Shown here: piece after piece, positions 45,604 to 54,628 of the stretch
Layout of the letters: every line of letters begins with the position of its first letter
How positions within the stretch are numbered: position 1 is the first letter of the stretch
DNA from: Candidatus Falkowbacteria bacterium
GTDB taxonomy: Bacteria; Patescibacteriota; Patescibacteriia; Patescibacteriales; UBA12465
Assembly: GCA_037134915.1 (NCBI GenBank)
Contig: JBAXLJ010000004.1
Location: forward strand, 40,702 to 104,701
Length of the DNA: 64,000 nt
Reading direction: 5' to 3'
Position numbers and translations under genes: made by a program
Notes under the pieces: model-generated
Database searches by the model: none
Seen by the model: the letters and a program-made list of their open reading frames with translations, nothing else
Told to the model about the DNA's origin: nothing

Positions 45604-47112
45604 TTATTCAACTAATAATTTTTCTAGTAATCCTCTGACTACTTCGGGATTAGCCTTGCCTTTAGTTTCCGCCATTACTTTCCCGACAAAGAACTGAATT
45701 AGTGGCAGTTTACCAGCTTTATATTCAGCGGCTTGAGCTGGATTTTTCTCGATTATAATTTTGATGGCTTCAATTAGTTCAGCTTCGTTGTCAATTTGCT
45801 CGAGGCCTAAATTTTTCATAATATCTTCCGGGTCGCCACCGTTAGCATACATTTCTTTTAAAATAGTTTGTCCGGCGCTGGAATTAATTTTTCCTTGATA
45901 AATTAAACAAACTAGTTCTGCAAAATTTTCCGGTGTAATATGAAGGTCGCTAATTTTTCGGTGGTCAGTTTTTAAATGATAAAGTAATTCTCCGGCGATT
46001 AAATTACCGGCTGTTTGGGCTAAATTCTTATCTTGGCGCTCATAAGAATCGCCTTGGGCATTTATCCAGGCGCCAAGTTCTGAGATTACCTCTTCAGTCC
46101 AATTGGCTAATTCTTGGTCATAAGTAATCACGTCCGCCAAATCGGCTTTAAAGCCGTACTGAAGAACAAAGCGAGCGCTTTTAGCCTCCGGTAGTTCACC
46201 AATTTCTTCGGCGATACTCGCAATCATATCATCACTAATTGCTAACGGTGGAATATCTGGTTCTGGAAAGTAACGATAATCAGCGGCCGTTTCTTTAACG
46301 CGCTGGCTTTTAGTGACATTTTTCGAATCATCCCAACCCCGAGTTTCAACAGCAATTACTTCACCTTTTTCTAGGGCGGCGCTTTGTCTCTCGATTTCAA
46401 ATTTAATGGCTTTTTCTAGTGAGCGGAAAGAATTAATATTTTTAACTTCTACTTTGGGATTAAGTTCGTAGCCCGCTAAACCATTTATCTTGTTATCTTT
46501 ATATTCCCATTTACCTGCGGCCTGGACACTGACATTAGCTTCACAGCGCATTTCACCTTTTTCCATGTCGGCGCTAGAAATGTTAAGATATCGTAAAAGC
46601 TGCTGAAATTTCTGTCCGAATTTTTTAGCTTCTTCGGCGCTCTTAATTACTGGTTCGGTGACCATTTCTAGCAGCGGCGTACCGGCGCGATTAAAGTCTA
46701 AGAGAGTATGGTCGCCATCTTTAGGGTGGGTTGATTTACCGGTATCTTCTTCAATGTGAATTCTGGTAATTAAAACTTTTTCGCCGTCGATTTCTAAATA
46801 ACCGTCATAGCACAAGGGTAGGTCGTATTGGGATATCTGATAGCCCTTAGGCAAGTCGGGGTAAAAGTAATTTTTACGGTCGAATTTAGAGACTCGGTTA
46901 ATGTGGCAATGAGTCGCTAAGCCGGCCAAAATAACGAGCTCTAAGGCTCTTTTGTTAGGCACCGGTAAAGTTCCCGGGTGTCCTAAACAAATGGGACAGA
47001 CGGCCGTATTTGGCGCCTGGTCGCTCGCATCATTATCGCAGGCGCAGAACATTTTACTCTTGGTTTTGATTTCGGCGTGGATTTCCAGGCCGATGATAGC
47101 GTCATATTTCAT
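45604..47112 (-). CDS. gatB: Asp/Glu-tRNA amidotransferase subunit B
   Basis: MKYDAIIGLEIHAE, CPICLGHPGTLP, YFYPDLPKGYQISQ and a C-terminal YqeY-like tail. No gatA or gatC adjacent. Confidence 0.95.
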   Translation of the reverse strand: MKYDAIIGLEIHAEIKTKSKMFCACDNDASDQAPNTAVCPICLGHPGTLPVPNKRALELVILAGLATHCHINRVSKFDRKNYFYPDLPKGYQISQYDLPLCYDGYLEIDGEKVLITRIHIEEDTGKSTHPKDGDHTLLDFNRAGTPLLEMVTEPVIKSAEEAKKFGQKFQQLLRYLNISSADMEKGEMRCEANVSVQAAGKWEYKDNKINGLAGYELNPKVEVKNINSFRSLEKAIKFEIERQSAALEKGEVIAVETRGWDDSKNVTKSQRVKETAADYRYFPEPDIPPLAISDDMIASIAEEIGELPEAKSARFVLQYGFKADLADVITYDQELANWTEEVISELGAWINAQGDSYERQDKNLAQTAGNLIAGELLYHLKTDHRKISDLHITPENFAELVCLIYQGKINSSAGQTILKEMYANGGDPEDIMKNLGLEQIDNEAELIEAIKIIIEKNPAQAAEYKAGKLPLIQFFVGKVMAETKGKANPEVVRGLLEKLLVE

Positions 47113-47224
47113 ATATTATGATTTTATAGGAAAAAGGGCCGTGAGGGAAGAGTTGTTGACTAAAAGGCTATTATATTATATATTTGGGGGTCATTTAGTT
47201 AATTAACAATTTAAAATAAATACT

Positions 47225-47476
47225 ATGGAAAGCAAGTGGACAATCAGGCTCACGCGACGCCTGCACGAAAGAAGAGTCAGGAATATTGGCAAACAGAGAA
47301 CTCCGGCTGGAGTTTTAAATTATGTTTATTGTTTTTATTGCGGCATTTTGCTCGATGTGATTTTAGAATCTTCTCCGGAACCAGAAACTAACTGTTGTGC
47401 CGAATGCCAGCTTTTAGTCGCTGACGGTATTTTGATAACGCCACCGGTTAATAATGATTCAAGTGATGAATTATAA
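47225..47476 (+). CDS. Hypothetical small protein with CxxC...CxxC
   Basis: 83-aa ORF with CFYCG ... CCAECQ. No other support. Confidence 0.4.
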   Translation: MESKWTIRLTRRLHERRVRNIGKQRTPAGVLNYVYCFYCGILLDVILESSPEPETNCCAECQLLVADGILITPPVNNDSSDEL

Positions 47477-48240
47477 ACAGGAAAACTTCATTTTGAATGT
47501 TCAAAATGATGATTCGCCCATAATTATTACGGTGCCTCATGGCGGTTTAAAAATCGCTTATGGTTCTTGGCTAGAATTATTTTTTCAAAAGAGGATTAAA
47601 TCTGATACCCCTTCGGAAAATCTTATTCAAGGCGAAAAAATAATTATCGGCGGCGATAATCAAATTATGCACCTCGTGGCCGATACTTTAAAAGTATACC
47701 AAGCTAATGCAGTAATCGGTTTACTGCCGCGAGCCTTCGTTGATTATAATCGTTTTGTTTCTGAGGTGGCCTACGCTGATGAAAAAATTAAACCTTTTTA
47801 CGAGGCTTATCATGGGGCGATAACTGATACTATTTTACGGCTTAAAAAAAAACTGGCCGGCAGTTTTTCTCTTTGATCTTCACGGTTTTAGTCGACAACC
47901 ACTGCCAGAAGTAGAGTTTGATATTATTTTAGGTACTAATGGCGAGTCGAGTCCCAAGGGAATTGATAAGTATTTTTATCGGCAGTTGAAGGATAAATAT
48001 CAAATTTTTTGCGCTGGAACCAGCAACTTGCCGGCAGCTGAATTAGATCTTTATAAGGGTGATACAACCAATCTCTTTTATTATAAGAAGCATCAAATAG
48101 ACGCCGTGCTGGTTGAGATTTCCTCAAAATTTAGGAGTTCCAAAATGGAAAATTCCAAAGAATTGGGGCAAAAATTGTCTCAAGATTTAGGTGATTTTTT
48201 CAGTAAATTGGACGGCGAAATTAGAAACGGAATGTTTTAA
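47454..48240 (+). pseudogene. N-formylglutamate-amidohydrolase-family (FGase-like) gene interrupted by a frameshift in an A9 run
   Basis: The frame-0 part (IIITVPHGG...) stops at 47874. The +1 frame continues from the A9 run (47844-47852) as WPAVFLFDLHGFSRQ... through to 48240. Confidence 0.6.
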
Positions 48241-48245
48241 TAGTA

Positions 48246-48277
48246 AAGGGCGCTAAACAAAAATTTAGCGCCTTTTT
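48246..48277 (+). terminator. Terminator after the FGase-like gene
   Basis: GGGCGCTAAA / TTTAGCGCCT stem followed by a T-run. Confidence 0.65.
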
Positions 48278-48307
48278 AATTGGCAGAAAGAGGGAAGAGG
48301 ACAATTC

Positions 48308-48336
48308 TTGACATATATTAACTCTAGTGATGTAAT
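48308..48336 (+). promoter_or_regulatory. Sigma70-like promoter
   Basis: TTGACA-N17-TGTAAT. Confidence 0.45.
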
Positions 48337-48538
48337 AATCTTGGGTTTAGTTTTAAACCCACCCAAATTCGTCGGGAAGTACGAATATAAGTAAATTAAA
48401 AACAAATACTGGTGCAAAATGGAAACAACTGCAAACACTGGTTTGGGACTCATCAAGGCAACTATTGAGAGGGTTCAAAATGAAAAGTCGCTCTTTATCA
48501 GCGCTCTTAAAAAATTGGTTAACTCTTCGTAGTCGGAA

Positions 48539-49066
48539 TTGGAAGATTTTTTAAGAAAAAGTAGAAATGGGATTACGAAACTCCGTTCTTTTGATCAGGT
48601 TTTAAAAATCAAAGCCTTGGATGGAAAAAAGTTACTTTTTATGGCTACAGAAACTTTTCAACATTTCAAGCCCGATCTGGTGATGGAAAATTTACAGCCA
48701 ATTGGAGTGGCCACTCCGGAGACAGAAGTTCAGGTTTATGAAATTATTTCTGACGCCAATGTTTTTCAAATGTTTTATGACCTACCAGGAACTTGGGCCC
48801 AAAAAGTTCTATCACAAAACCAGGTTATCGAATTTTGTGAGCAATTTAGGGATGCGTTAACCAGGAGTACTTATATTCGTGCCCAGTTTCTTTGTAAGAA
48901 AAATGAATATAAGCCAATTATTGAGAGCAATCCCAAAGATAATTTGGTGGTAATTTACGTTTCCATTGGCAGTGAAGACTTGAGCATGAGCCCTACTCGC
49001 TTGGGAAATAAATTCATCTACCGTACCACTGGTGCTGATAACATAATTATTGTGCCGGCTGTATAA
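48539..49066 (+). CDS. Hypothetical protein (175 aa as a TTG-start ORF)
   Basis: ORF only. A 37-codon ATG-initiated ORF (48419-48532) lies in the same frame, separated by a single TAG. Confidence 0.55.
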   Translation: MEDFLRKSRNGITKLRSFDQVLKIKALDGKKLLFMATETFQHFKPDLVMENLQPIGVATPETEVQVYEIISDANVFQMFYDLPGTWAQKVLSQNQVIEFCEQFRDALTRSTYIRAQFLCKKNEYKPIIESNPKDNLVVIYVSIGSEDLSMSPTRLGNKFIYRTTGADNIIIVPAV

Positions 49067-49071
49067 AAAAT

Positions 49072-49115
49072 CCCCTCTTATTTATTGAACTGAAATGTTC
49101 TTTAAATAAGAGGGG
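49072..49115. terminator. Bidirectional long hairpin
   Basis: CCCCTCTTATTTA / TAAATAAGAGGGG 13-bp stem flanked by an A-run and a T-run. Confidence 0.7.
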
Positions 49116-49141
49116 TTTTTATTTGTGAAATAAATAAATTT

Positions 49142-50428
49142 TTAGAAACTACCACTACTACCAAAAGCGCCGGCTTGTCTTTCGGTTTGATCATTAATTA
49201 AGCCTTCTTCAGGTTCTAGTAATTCCACTTTCTGAATTAAAATTTGAGCAATTTTTTGGCCCGGCTCAATGTTGATTATATCTTCGCTGAGATTTTTAAT
49301 AATAACTTTAACCTCGCCGCGGTAACCAGTATCGATTACTCCACCTAAGTTAGTTATACCTTGAGTGGCTAAACCGCTTTTATCCCAAATTAAACCGGCG
49401 TAACCGTAAGGGATAATCATTTTAATTCCTGTCGCAATTAAGCCCTGTTGATAAGGGGCGACAGAACAATATTCATTGGCATAGAGATCAAGTCCGGCAT
49501 CGCCATCATGAGCTCGGGTCGGTAGCTTGGCTTCGGGCTTGATTCTTTCAACAATAATTCGAGAATTATTTTCGGGCACAGGGATATTTGTTTCTTGATT
49601 TTGGATTATCTCAGTTGTTTGGCTGGGCTGATAATTTGAAACTTCTTCCTTTTTGAAAAAGAAATCTTTGTTATTTATAATCTGTGGGTTACCACTGATT
49701 ATTTCCGAGATAGCGCGAAAACCGCTAGCCGTTTTTTGGCCGCGACCGCCAATTGCCTGGTTAGTATAAATCCAAACTAAATCATGAATCTCTTGGCGAT
49801 CCATAATTTCACCATCACGAGTGCATTTAATTAATTTAAAATCCGGAAAAGTCTGGGCAATTTCTAAATAAATCTGTTCCGCTTTCTTTAAGTGATCTAA
49901 ATTTTCTTCGTGGATATCACGGGTTTTTCCAATCCAATCTTCGCGGTGACGTTTGGCAGCTAACTGTTGAGCGATACTAGCTTCGACGTGTAAAATTAAA
50001 GAGAGGTCAGGTTTGGGAATATTAAAAAGTTTATATTCTAGTTCGTAGAGCCAATTAAAAAAAACTTTGCGCTCGAGCGGATTTTCAATTTTTCCACCTT
50101 GATGACCCAAGCTGGCCGAGACATAACGATTGGCAATAACTATTTTACCTTCTCGAATCCACTGCCTGATTTTAAAGCTCGCATCATAGCGGTCAATTGC
50201 ATAAAAAATTGAGGACTGATAAGGCGTAACCTCGTCCGCGCTGCCATACTTACCGCTTAGATATTCCTCAACTAAACCGGCCGATTTAGTATTGTATTGA
50301 GGAAAATCAGCGACCTCAACTAAAAAACCTTCCGCTTTTAATTTATCAACTAATAAATTAAATTGCGTAGTTTTGCCTGAACCGTCAGTGCCGTCGATGA
50401 CAATAAATTTTCCTGGGTTAGTAGACAT
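49142..50428 (-). CDS. Fusion protein: dTMP kinase (N-terminal) plus dUTPase (C-terminal)
   Basis: Tmk part, aa 1-222: IDGTDGSGKTTQ P-loop and DRY. About 65-aa linker. Dut part, aa 290-428: GDAGLDL, GVIDTGYRGE, RQAGAFGSSG. Confidence 0.9.
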   Translation of the reverse strand: MSTNPGKFIVIDGTDGSGKTTQFNLLVDKLKAEGFLVEVADFPQYNTKSAGLVEEYLSGKYGSADEVTPYQSSIFYAIDRYDASFKIRQWIREGKIVIANRYVSASLGHQGGKIENPLERKVFFNWLYELEYKLFNIPKPDLSLILHVEASIAQQLAAKRHREDWIGKTRDIHEENLDHLKKAEQIYLEIAQTFPDFKLIKCTRDGEIMDRQEIHDLVWIYTNQAIGGRGQKTASGFRAISEIISGNPQIINNKDFFFKKEEVSNYQPSQTTEIIQNQETNIPVPENNSRIIVERIKPEAKLPTRAHDGDAGLDLYANEYCSVAPYQQGLIATGIKMIIPYGYAGLIWDKSGLATQGITNLGGVIDTGYRGEVKVIIKNLSEDIINIEPGQKIAQILIQKVELLEPEEGLINDQTERQAGAFGSSGSF

Positions 50429-50494
50429 GGAGCTTTACAAAAAAGAGCTCGAAATTAAATTATTTCGCGGCTCAATTCAACTTTTAAATGATTC

Positions 50495-51055
50495 TTAGTT
50501 ATTTTGGATCTTAGTTACTATTTTGTCAATTTGTTGATATAGGTTAGTCAAATCACCATCATTATTGATTTTTAAATCAGCTTGAGACATGACTTCAGGG
50601 ATTGTGAGTTCGGTTTCAGTCTGGTGATCGGCTAAAAATTGTTCATAGGTTTTTTCTGACTCGCCCACATTTTCACCTCTTTTTATCATCCGCTCATAAC
50701 GTATCTTAGGGTCGGCTTCAATGGCTATTAAATAAAAACCGTCTAACTTTGTCAGGTGGATAATATCAGCGAGACGTCTGACGCCGTCAACGACCACAAT
50801 TTCACTTTCAGCTTGGCTGGCGTCGCTAGCAATTACTTTGGCAAATAAATCTTCGCCGAAAGTTTGGCGCAGACAAAGAGATACGGCGGATAAATTATAA
50901 CGGCTTATCTCTATGTTAATCCGCTTTAAAATATCGCGCATGATTGTGGAAAAACGAAAGCTTTTGGCGCCGTATTTGGTCTCTAAATATTTTTTAGCCT
51001 CATCTTTACCGCTGGCCATGAGCCCTGTGAAGCCGATGATAATTTTTTTGGTCAT
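50495..51055 (-). CDS. P-loop nucleotide kinase (dephospho-CoA-kinase-like / dNMP-kinase-like)
   Basis: GFTGLMASGKDE P-loop, 186 aa. Specificity is not determinable from the sequence. Confidence 0.65.
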   Translation of the reverse strand: MTKKIIIGFTGLMASGKDEAKKYLETKYGAKSFRFSTIMRDILKRINIEISRYNLSAVSLCLRQTFGEDLFAKVIASDASQAESEIVVVDGVRRLADIIHLTKLDGFYLIAIEADPKIRYERMIKRGENVGESEKTYEQFLADHQTETELTIPEVMSQADLKINNDGDLTNLYQQIDKIVTKIQNN

Positions 51056-51056
51056 T

Positions 51057-51563
51057 TTAGTTAGTATATTTTACTTGATAACGGATTGCTAAAGTATTAT
51101 TATTTAATTTTTCAAAAGTTTCAAGTTCTAATGAAGCTTCGAGGTCAACATCGAATAAAGATAGGCCTTGGCCGAATATTTTTGGTTCAACAGTGAGAAT
51201 TATTTGAGATATTAATTTATTCTTTAAAAATAGGGAATTAAGATAACAACCGCCGCCGAGCAAGGCCGATTTATAGCCTAAACTTTCTAGCTCGTCTAAA
51301 ACTTTAATTAAATCGCCGCTGACGTATTTAACATTATCATAATCGGGTTTCTGGTTTTCCGAAAAAACCACGTTTAGACGCTTAGGCAGAGGGGAGGGAA
51401 AGGTGTTGAAAGTATTTTCGCCCATCATCACTACACCATGTTTTTTAGATTCGGCGACAAAGAGTTTTTTATCTTCGGGGCTAGTCCAATTAGCTAATTG
51501 ATTTTTGTCTTTGGCAATTTTTCCGTCAACGGAAATGGCCATCATTAAAGTTACAGGTATCAT
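51057..51563 (-). CDS. Dihydrofolate-reductase-family protein (RibD C-terminal domain type)
   Basis: AISVDGKIA..., MMGENTF, GGG...LF pattern. Located next to thyA. Confidence 0.7.
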   Translation of the reverse strand: MIPVTLMMAISVDGKIAKDKNQLANWTSPEDKKLFVAESKKHGVVMMGENTFNTFPSPLPKRLNVVFSENQKPDYDNVKYVSGDLIKVLDELESLGYKSALLGGGCYLNSLFLKNKLISQIILTVEPKIFGQGLSLFDVDLEASLELETFEKLNNNTLAIRYQVKYTN

Positions 51564-51613
51564 ATCTTTATAAGAAAAGCCGCTTAGATATTTTAAGCGG
51601 CCTTTTTAAAATT

Positions 51614-52408
51614 TTAAACAGCAATTGGTGCTGGAATTGTGGCTTCGGCTTCATAATTTTCCAGCTGGAAGTCTTCAAATTTAAAACCAAAGATATCCTT
51701 AACCTCAGGATTAATCTTCATGGTCGGCAATTTTTTGGGCGTCCGAGTCAGTTGCAGGGCAACCTGTTCGAAGTGGTTGTTGTAGATGTGCAAGTCACCG
51801 AAAGTGTGCACAAATTCCCCTAATTTAAGATTGCAAACCTGGGCTACCATCATCGTCAGTAGGGCGTAGGAGGCAATGTTAAAGGGGATGCCTAAGAATA
51901 AATCACAGCTTCTTTGGTAGAGTTGGCAGGATAATTTGCCATCAGCTACATAGAATTGGAAGAGAGCATGGCAGGGCGGCAATTTCATGTTGTCAATTTC
52001 GGCGACGTTCCAGGCGGAAACAATCAGACGCCGGGAATCGGGATTTTTCTTAATCATCTCGATAATGTTGCTGATTTGATCGATATGACGACCATCAGGG
52101 GTTGGCCAAGAGCGCCATTGGACGCCATAGACTGGGCCTAGTTCTCCGTTTTCATCGGCCCATTCATTCCAGATGTTTACTTTATTATCCTTTAAATACT
52201 TGATATTGGAATCGCCTTTAAGAAACCAAAGCAATTCATGGATAATAGATTTGAGGTGGAGTTTTTTGGTGGTTAAAACCGGAAAGCCCTCATTTAAATC
52301 GAAACGAGTTTGTCTGCCAAAAACACTTCGCGTGCCGGTGCCGGTGCGGTCAGTCTTGCTCGTGCCATTTTCCATGACATCTTTAAGTAAATCTAAATAC
52401 TGTTTCAT
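51614..52408 (-). CDS. thyA: Thymidylate synthase ThyA
   Basis: [27 protein letters not shown] (catalytic Cys), 264 aa. Confidence 0.95.
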   Translation of the reverse strand: MKQYLDLLKDVMENGTSKTDRTGTGTRSVFGRQTRFDLNEGFPVLTTKKLHLKSIIHELLWFLKGDSNIKYLKDNKVNIWNEWADENGELGPVYGVQWRSWPTPDGRHIDQISNIIEMIKKNPDSRRLIVSAWNVAEIDNMKLPPCHALFQFYVADGKLSCQLYQRSCDLFLGIPFNIASYALLTMMVAQVCNLKLGEFVHTFGDLHIYNNHFEQVALQLTRTPKKLPTMKINPEVKDIFGFKFEDFQLENYEAEATIPAPIAV

Positions 52409-52428
52409 ATCTTTCGTTTTTTAAGTTA

Positions 52429-52468
52429 CTATTGACATCTAATCGCTAATCTTGGCAAAAGTCAATAG
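52429..52468. promoter_or_regulatory. Inverted repeat between the dCMP deaminase gene and thyA
   Basis: CTATTGAC-N24-GTCAATAG with no adjacent T-run. Confidence 0.25.
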
Positions 52469-52476
52469 CAAAATAT

Positions 52477-52959
52477 TTAATACTCCATCACCTTATCACT
52501 TAATAAAACAAACTCGACGCCCGCTTCTTTAAAAATTTCTTTGCTCCTGGCTGAGTCATGGTAATCCTGAAGACAAACGACACGTTTGATCCCGGCGTTA
52601 ATCATCATTTTAGCGCAAGCATAGCAAGGTGCCATTTTGGTGTATAAGGTGCCGCCATCTAAAGCGATACCAAATCTAGCCGCTTGGCAGATGGCGTTTT
52701 GTTCGGCGTGAGTTGTCCTAATGCAGTGCTCACTTTTAGAGCCGTCATGATGAATGATGGTGTGCATTTCGTGTCCGGCTTCGTCGCAGTGAATGGTGTT
52801 AACCGGGGAACCGGCGTAGCCAGTGGAAACAATGCGGCGGTCTTTAGTAATTAGTGCGCCACAATGGCCTCGGTCGCAAGTACCACGCTCACCGACTAAA
52901 TTAGCCAAATGGCTGAAATATTCATCCCAAGAAGGCCTAAGCTTTTTTTCTTCATTCAT
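52477..52959 (-). CDS. dCMP deaminase (ComEB type)
   Basis: HAEQNAI and PCYACAKMMINAGIKRV zinc motifs. Confidence 0.9.
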   Translation of the reverse strand: MNEEKKLRPSWDEYFSHLANLVGERGTCDRGHCGALITKDRRIVSTGYAGSPVNTIHCDEAGHEMHTIIHHDGSKSEHCIRTTHAEQNAICQAARFGIALDGGTLYTKMAPCYACAKMMINAGIKRVVCLQDYHDSARSKEIFKEAGVEFVLLSDKVMEY

Positions 52960-53129
52960 AGAAGTAAAGATTAATTTTGTTTATTAATTATAGGCTATAT
53001 TTAAACATTTTAGAATCTTGACAGAGGGCAGATTTATCATTATTAAATAAGCCTAATTTTTAATTGATTTTCCTTTAAAAAGGGGCTAAACTATAAATAA
53101 ATTAAGATTATAAAATTAGCTGATTTTTT

Positions 53130-54359
53130 ATGAAAAAAATATCCTTAATGCTTCTGATTTTAACTTTGCTAATGACTTCTCGGTCAGTTCTGGCTGCTAC
53201 CTCCACGGCTAAAATTTTTTCTGGACAAGTTATTTATACAGCCGATAAAAGTCAGGAACTCTGGCTGGTTAATTTAAAAAACTTTAAGCGTTCCTTGGTT
53301 AATGATTATAAAGAGACTTTAAATTTATTTAAGAGTAAATTTGTTGGCATCTCAGAATTAAATTTCAAGAAAATTATCGGAGTTGATTCAAAGCTAAAGA
53401 ATAATGAAGACTTGGCTAAAAAGTTGGCGGGTAAAATTATTTTACGAACTGAAAAAAAAGGCGAAGCTTGGTATATAAATCCAATTGACCTTAAAAAATA
53501 TGATTTAAGTACTAGTTCCGCTTTTTTTAAAAATCTCTCATTACTAGCAACCCAAGTGACTCCGGAACAATTAGCTCAAATTCATAAACCGGAACTCAAA
53601 GAATCGCTAGACAAATATAGTAGTTATGAATATACCAAAGTTAAAACTGAGCGCGGTTATTTCTATATCGATTTAATAAAGATTGATTTAAGCGATCCGG
53701 CTTTAAAAATTTTAACGGATACAGCTAATGAAACGACTTGTAAATCTAATTGTGCGGCGAAACCGCTAGCTGATTACGTTTTCCCGGCGCACGCTTTTGC
53801 CGGCATGAATGGCACTTATTTCTGCTCTAGCGCTGGTTGTGGGGCTGCTAATTATTATTTTTTTCCAGTTTATAATAGCGCTAAAAAAACCTTGATTAAC
53901 GAATCGGAGCTTAAATATTGGACCACAGGCCCGATGATGGTCTTTGATACCAATAATAAATTTTATTACTTTAAAGATGCCCGTGATTTTAAAAGTGTCG
54001 CTGACTTTGAAGCAAAATATGGCGTGACTTTGCAAGCGGCAATGGGCAATAAGCCGCGCTTAGTGGAGGAGGGTAAAAATGCTTTAATTGAATGGGAAGT
54101 TGACGCTGGCCAGCGTTATGGCAAGTACTTGCGCAACGCCATTGGTTATCAGGATCACGGTACCGGCGGCCATGGTATTGTTTATTTGGTGATTGCTCAC
54201 TCGGCCACCGTGGATGATTTGGCGGTCATTATGAAAACTCTTAAAATGGACTATGCTTTGAACTTAGATGGCGGCTCAAGTGCGGCTTTGTTTTACAACG
54301 ATGAATATATGATTGGTCCGGGACGGGATATTCCTAATGTAATTATGTTTGCTAAATAG
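53130..54359 (+). CDS. Secreted protein with C-terminal phosphodiester-glycosidase-like (NAGPA/DUF2233) domain
   Basis: Signal peptide (LLILTLLMTSRSVLA). C-terminal YALNLDGGSSAALFYN motif is typical of that family. Confidence 0.6.
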   Translation: MKKISLMLLILTLLMTSRSVLAATSTAKIFSGQVIYTADKSQELWLVNLKNFKRSLVNDYKETLNLFKSKFVGISELNFKKIIGVDSKLKNNEDLAKKLAGKIILRTEKKGEAWYINPIDLKKYDLSTSSAFFKNLSLLATQVTPEQLAQIHKPELKESLDKYSSYEYTKVKTERGYFYIDLIKIDLSDPALKILTDTANETTCKSNCAAKPLADYVFPAHAFAGMNGTYFCSSAGCGAANYYFFPVYNSAKKTLINESELKYWTTGPMMVFDTNNKFYYFKDARDFKSVADFEAKYGVTLQAAMGNKPRLVEEGKNALIEWEVDAGQRYGKYLRNAIGYQDHGTGGHGIVYLVIAHSATVDDLAVIMKTLKMDYALNLDGGSSAALFYNDEYMIGPGRDIPNVIMFAK

Positions 54360-54360
54360 T

Positions 54361-54627
54361 ATGTGGCAGGATGTTCTAACCCAACTTAAAATTAAGGGTG
54401 AAGCTTATTTGGCCGTCAAAGTAATCCCGGGCAGCGCGAAAACAGAATTTCGGGAACTAATGGAAAATGATGTTTACAAAATCGCAGTAGCCGCGGCCCC
54501 GGAAAAAGGTAAAGCTAATGCGGAACTTATAAAATTTCTAGCTAAAGAATTACAAGTCTCTAAGAATCGTTTTAAAATTATTGCCGGTGCGGGAGAGAAA
54601 ACTAAGTTAATAAAAATACTTAAATAA
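54361..54627 (+). CDS. DUF167 (YggU) family protein
   Basis: VKVIPGSAKTEF ... AAPEKGKANAELIKFLAKEL. The start could be 54349 or 54361. Confidence 0.7.
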   Translation: MWQDVLTQLKIKGEAYLAVKVIPGSAKTEFRELMENDVYKIAVAAAPEKGKANAELIKFLAKELQVSKNRFKIIAGAGEKTKLIKILK

Positions 54628-54628
54628 T

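Noticed and set aside
48265-48456. 63-aa minus-strand ORF.
   Set aside because: It spans a plus-strand terminator, promoter and structured leader. It has no motif and no start context, so it is most likely a chance frame.
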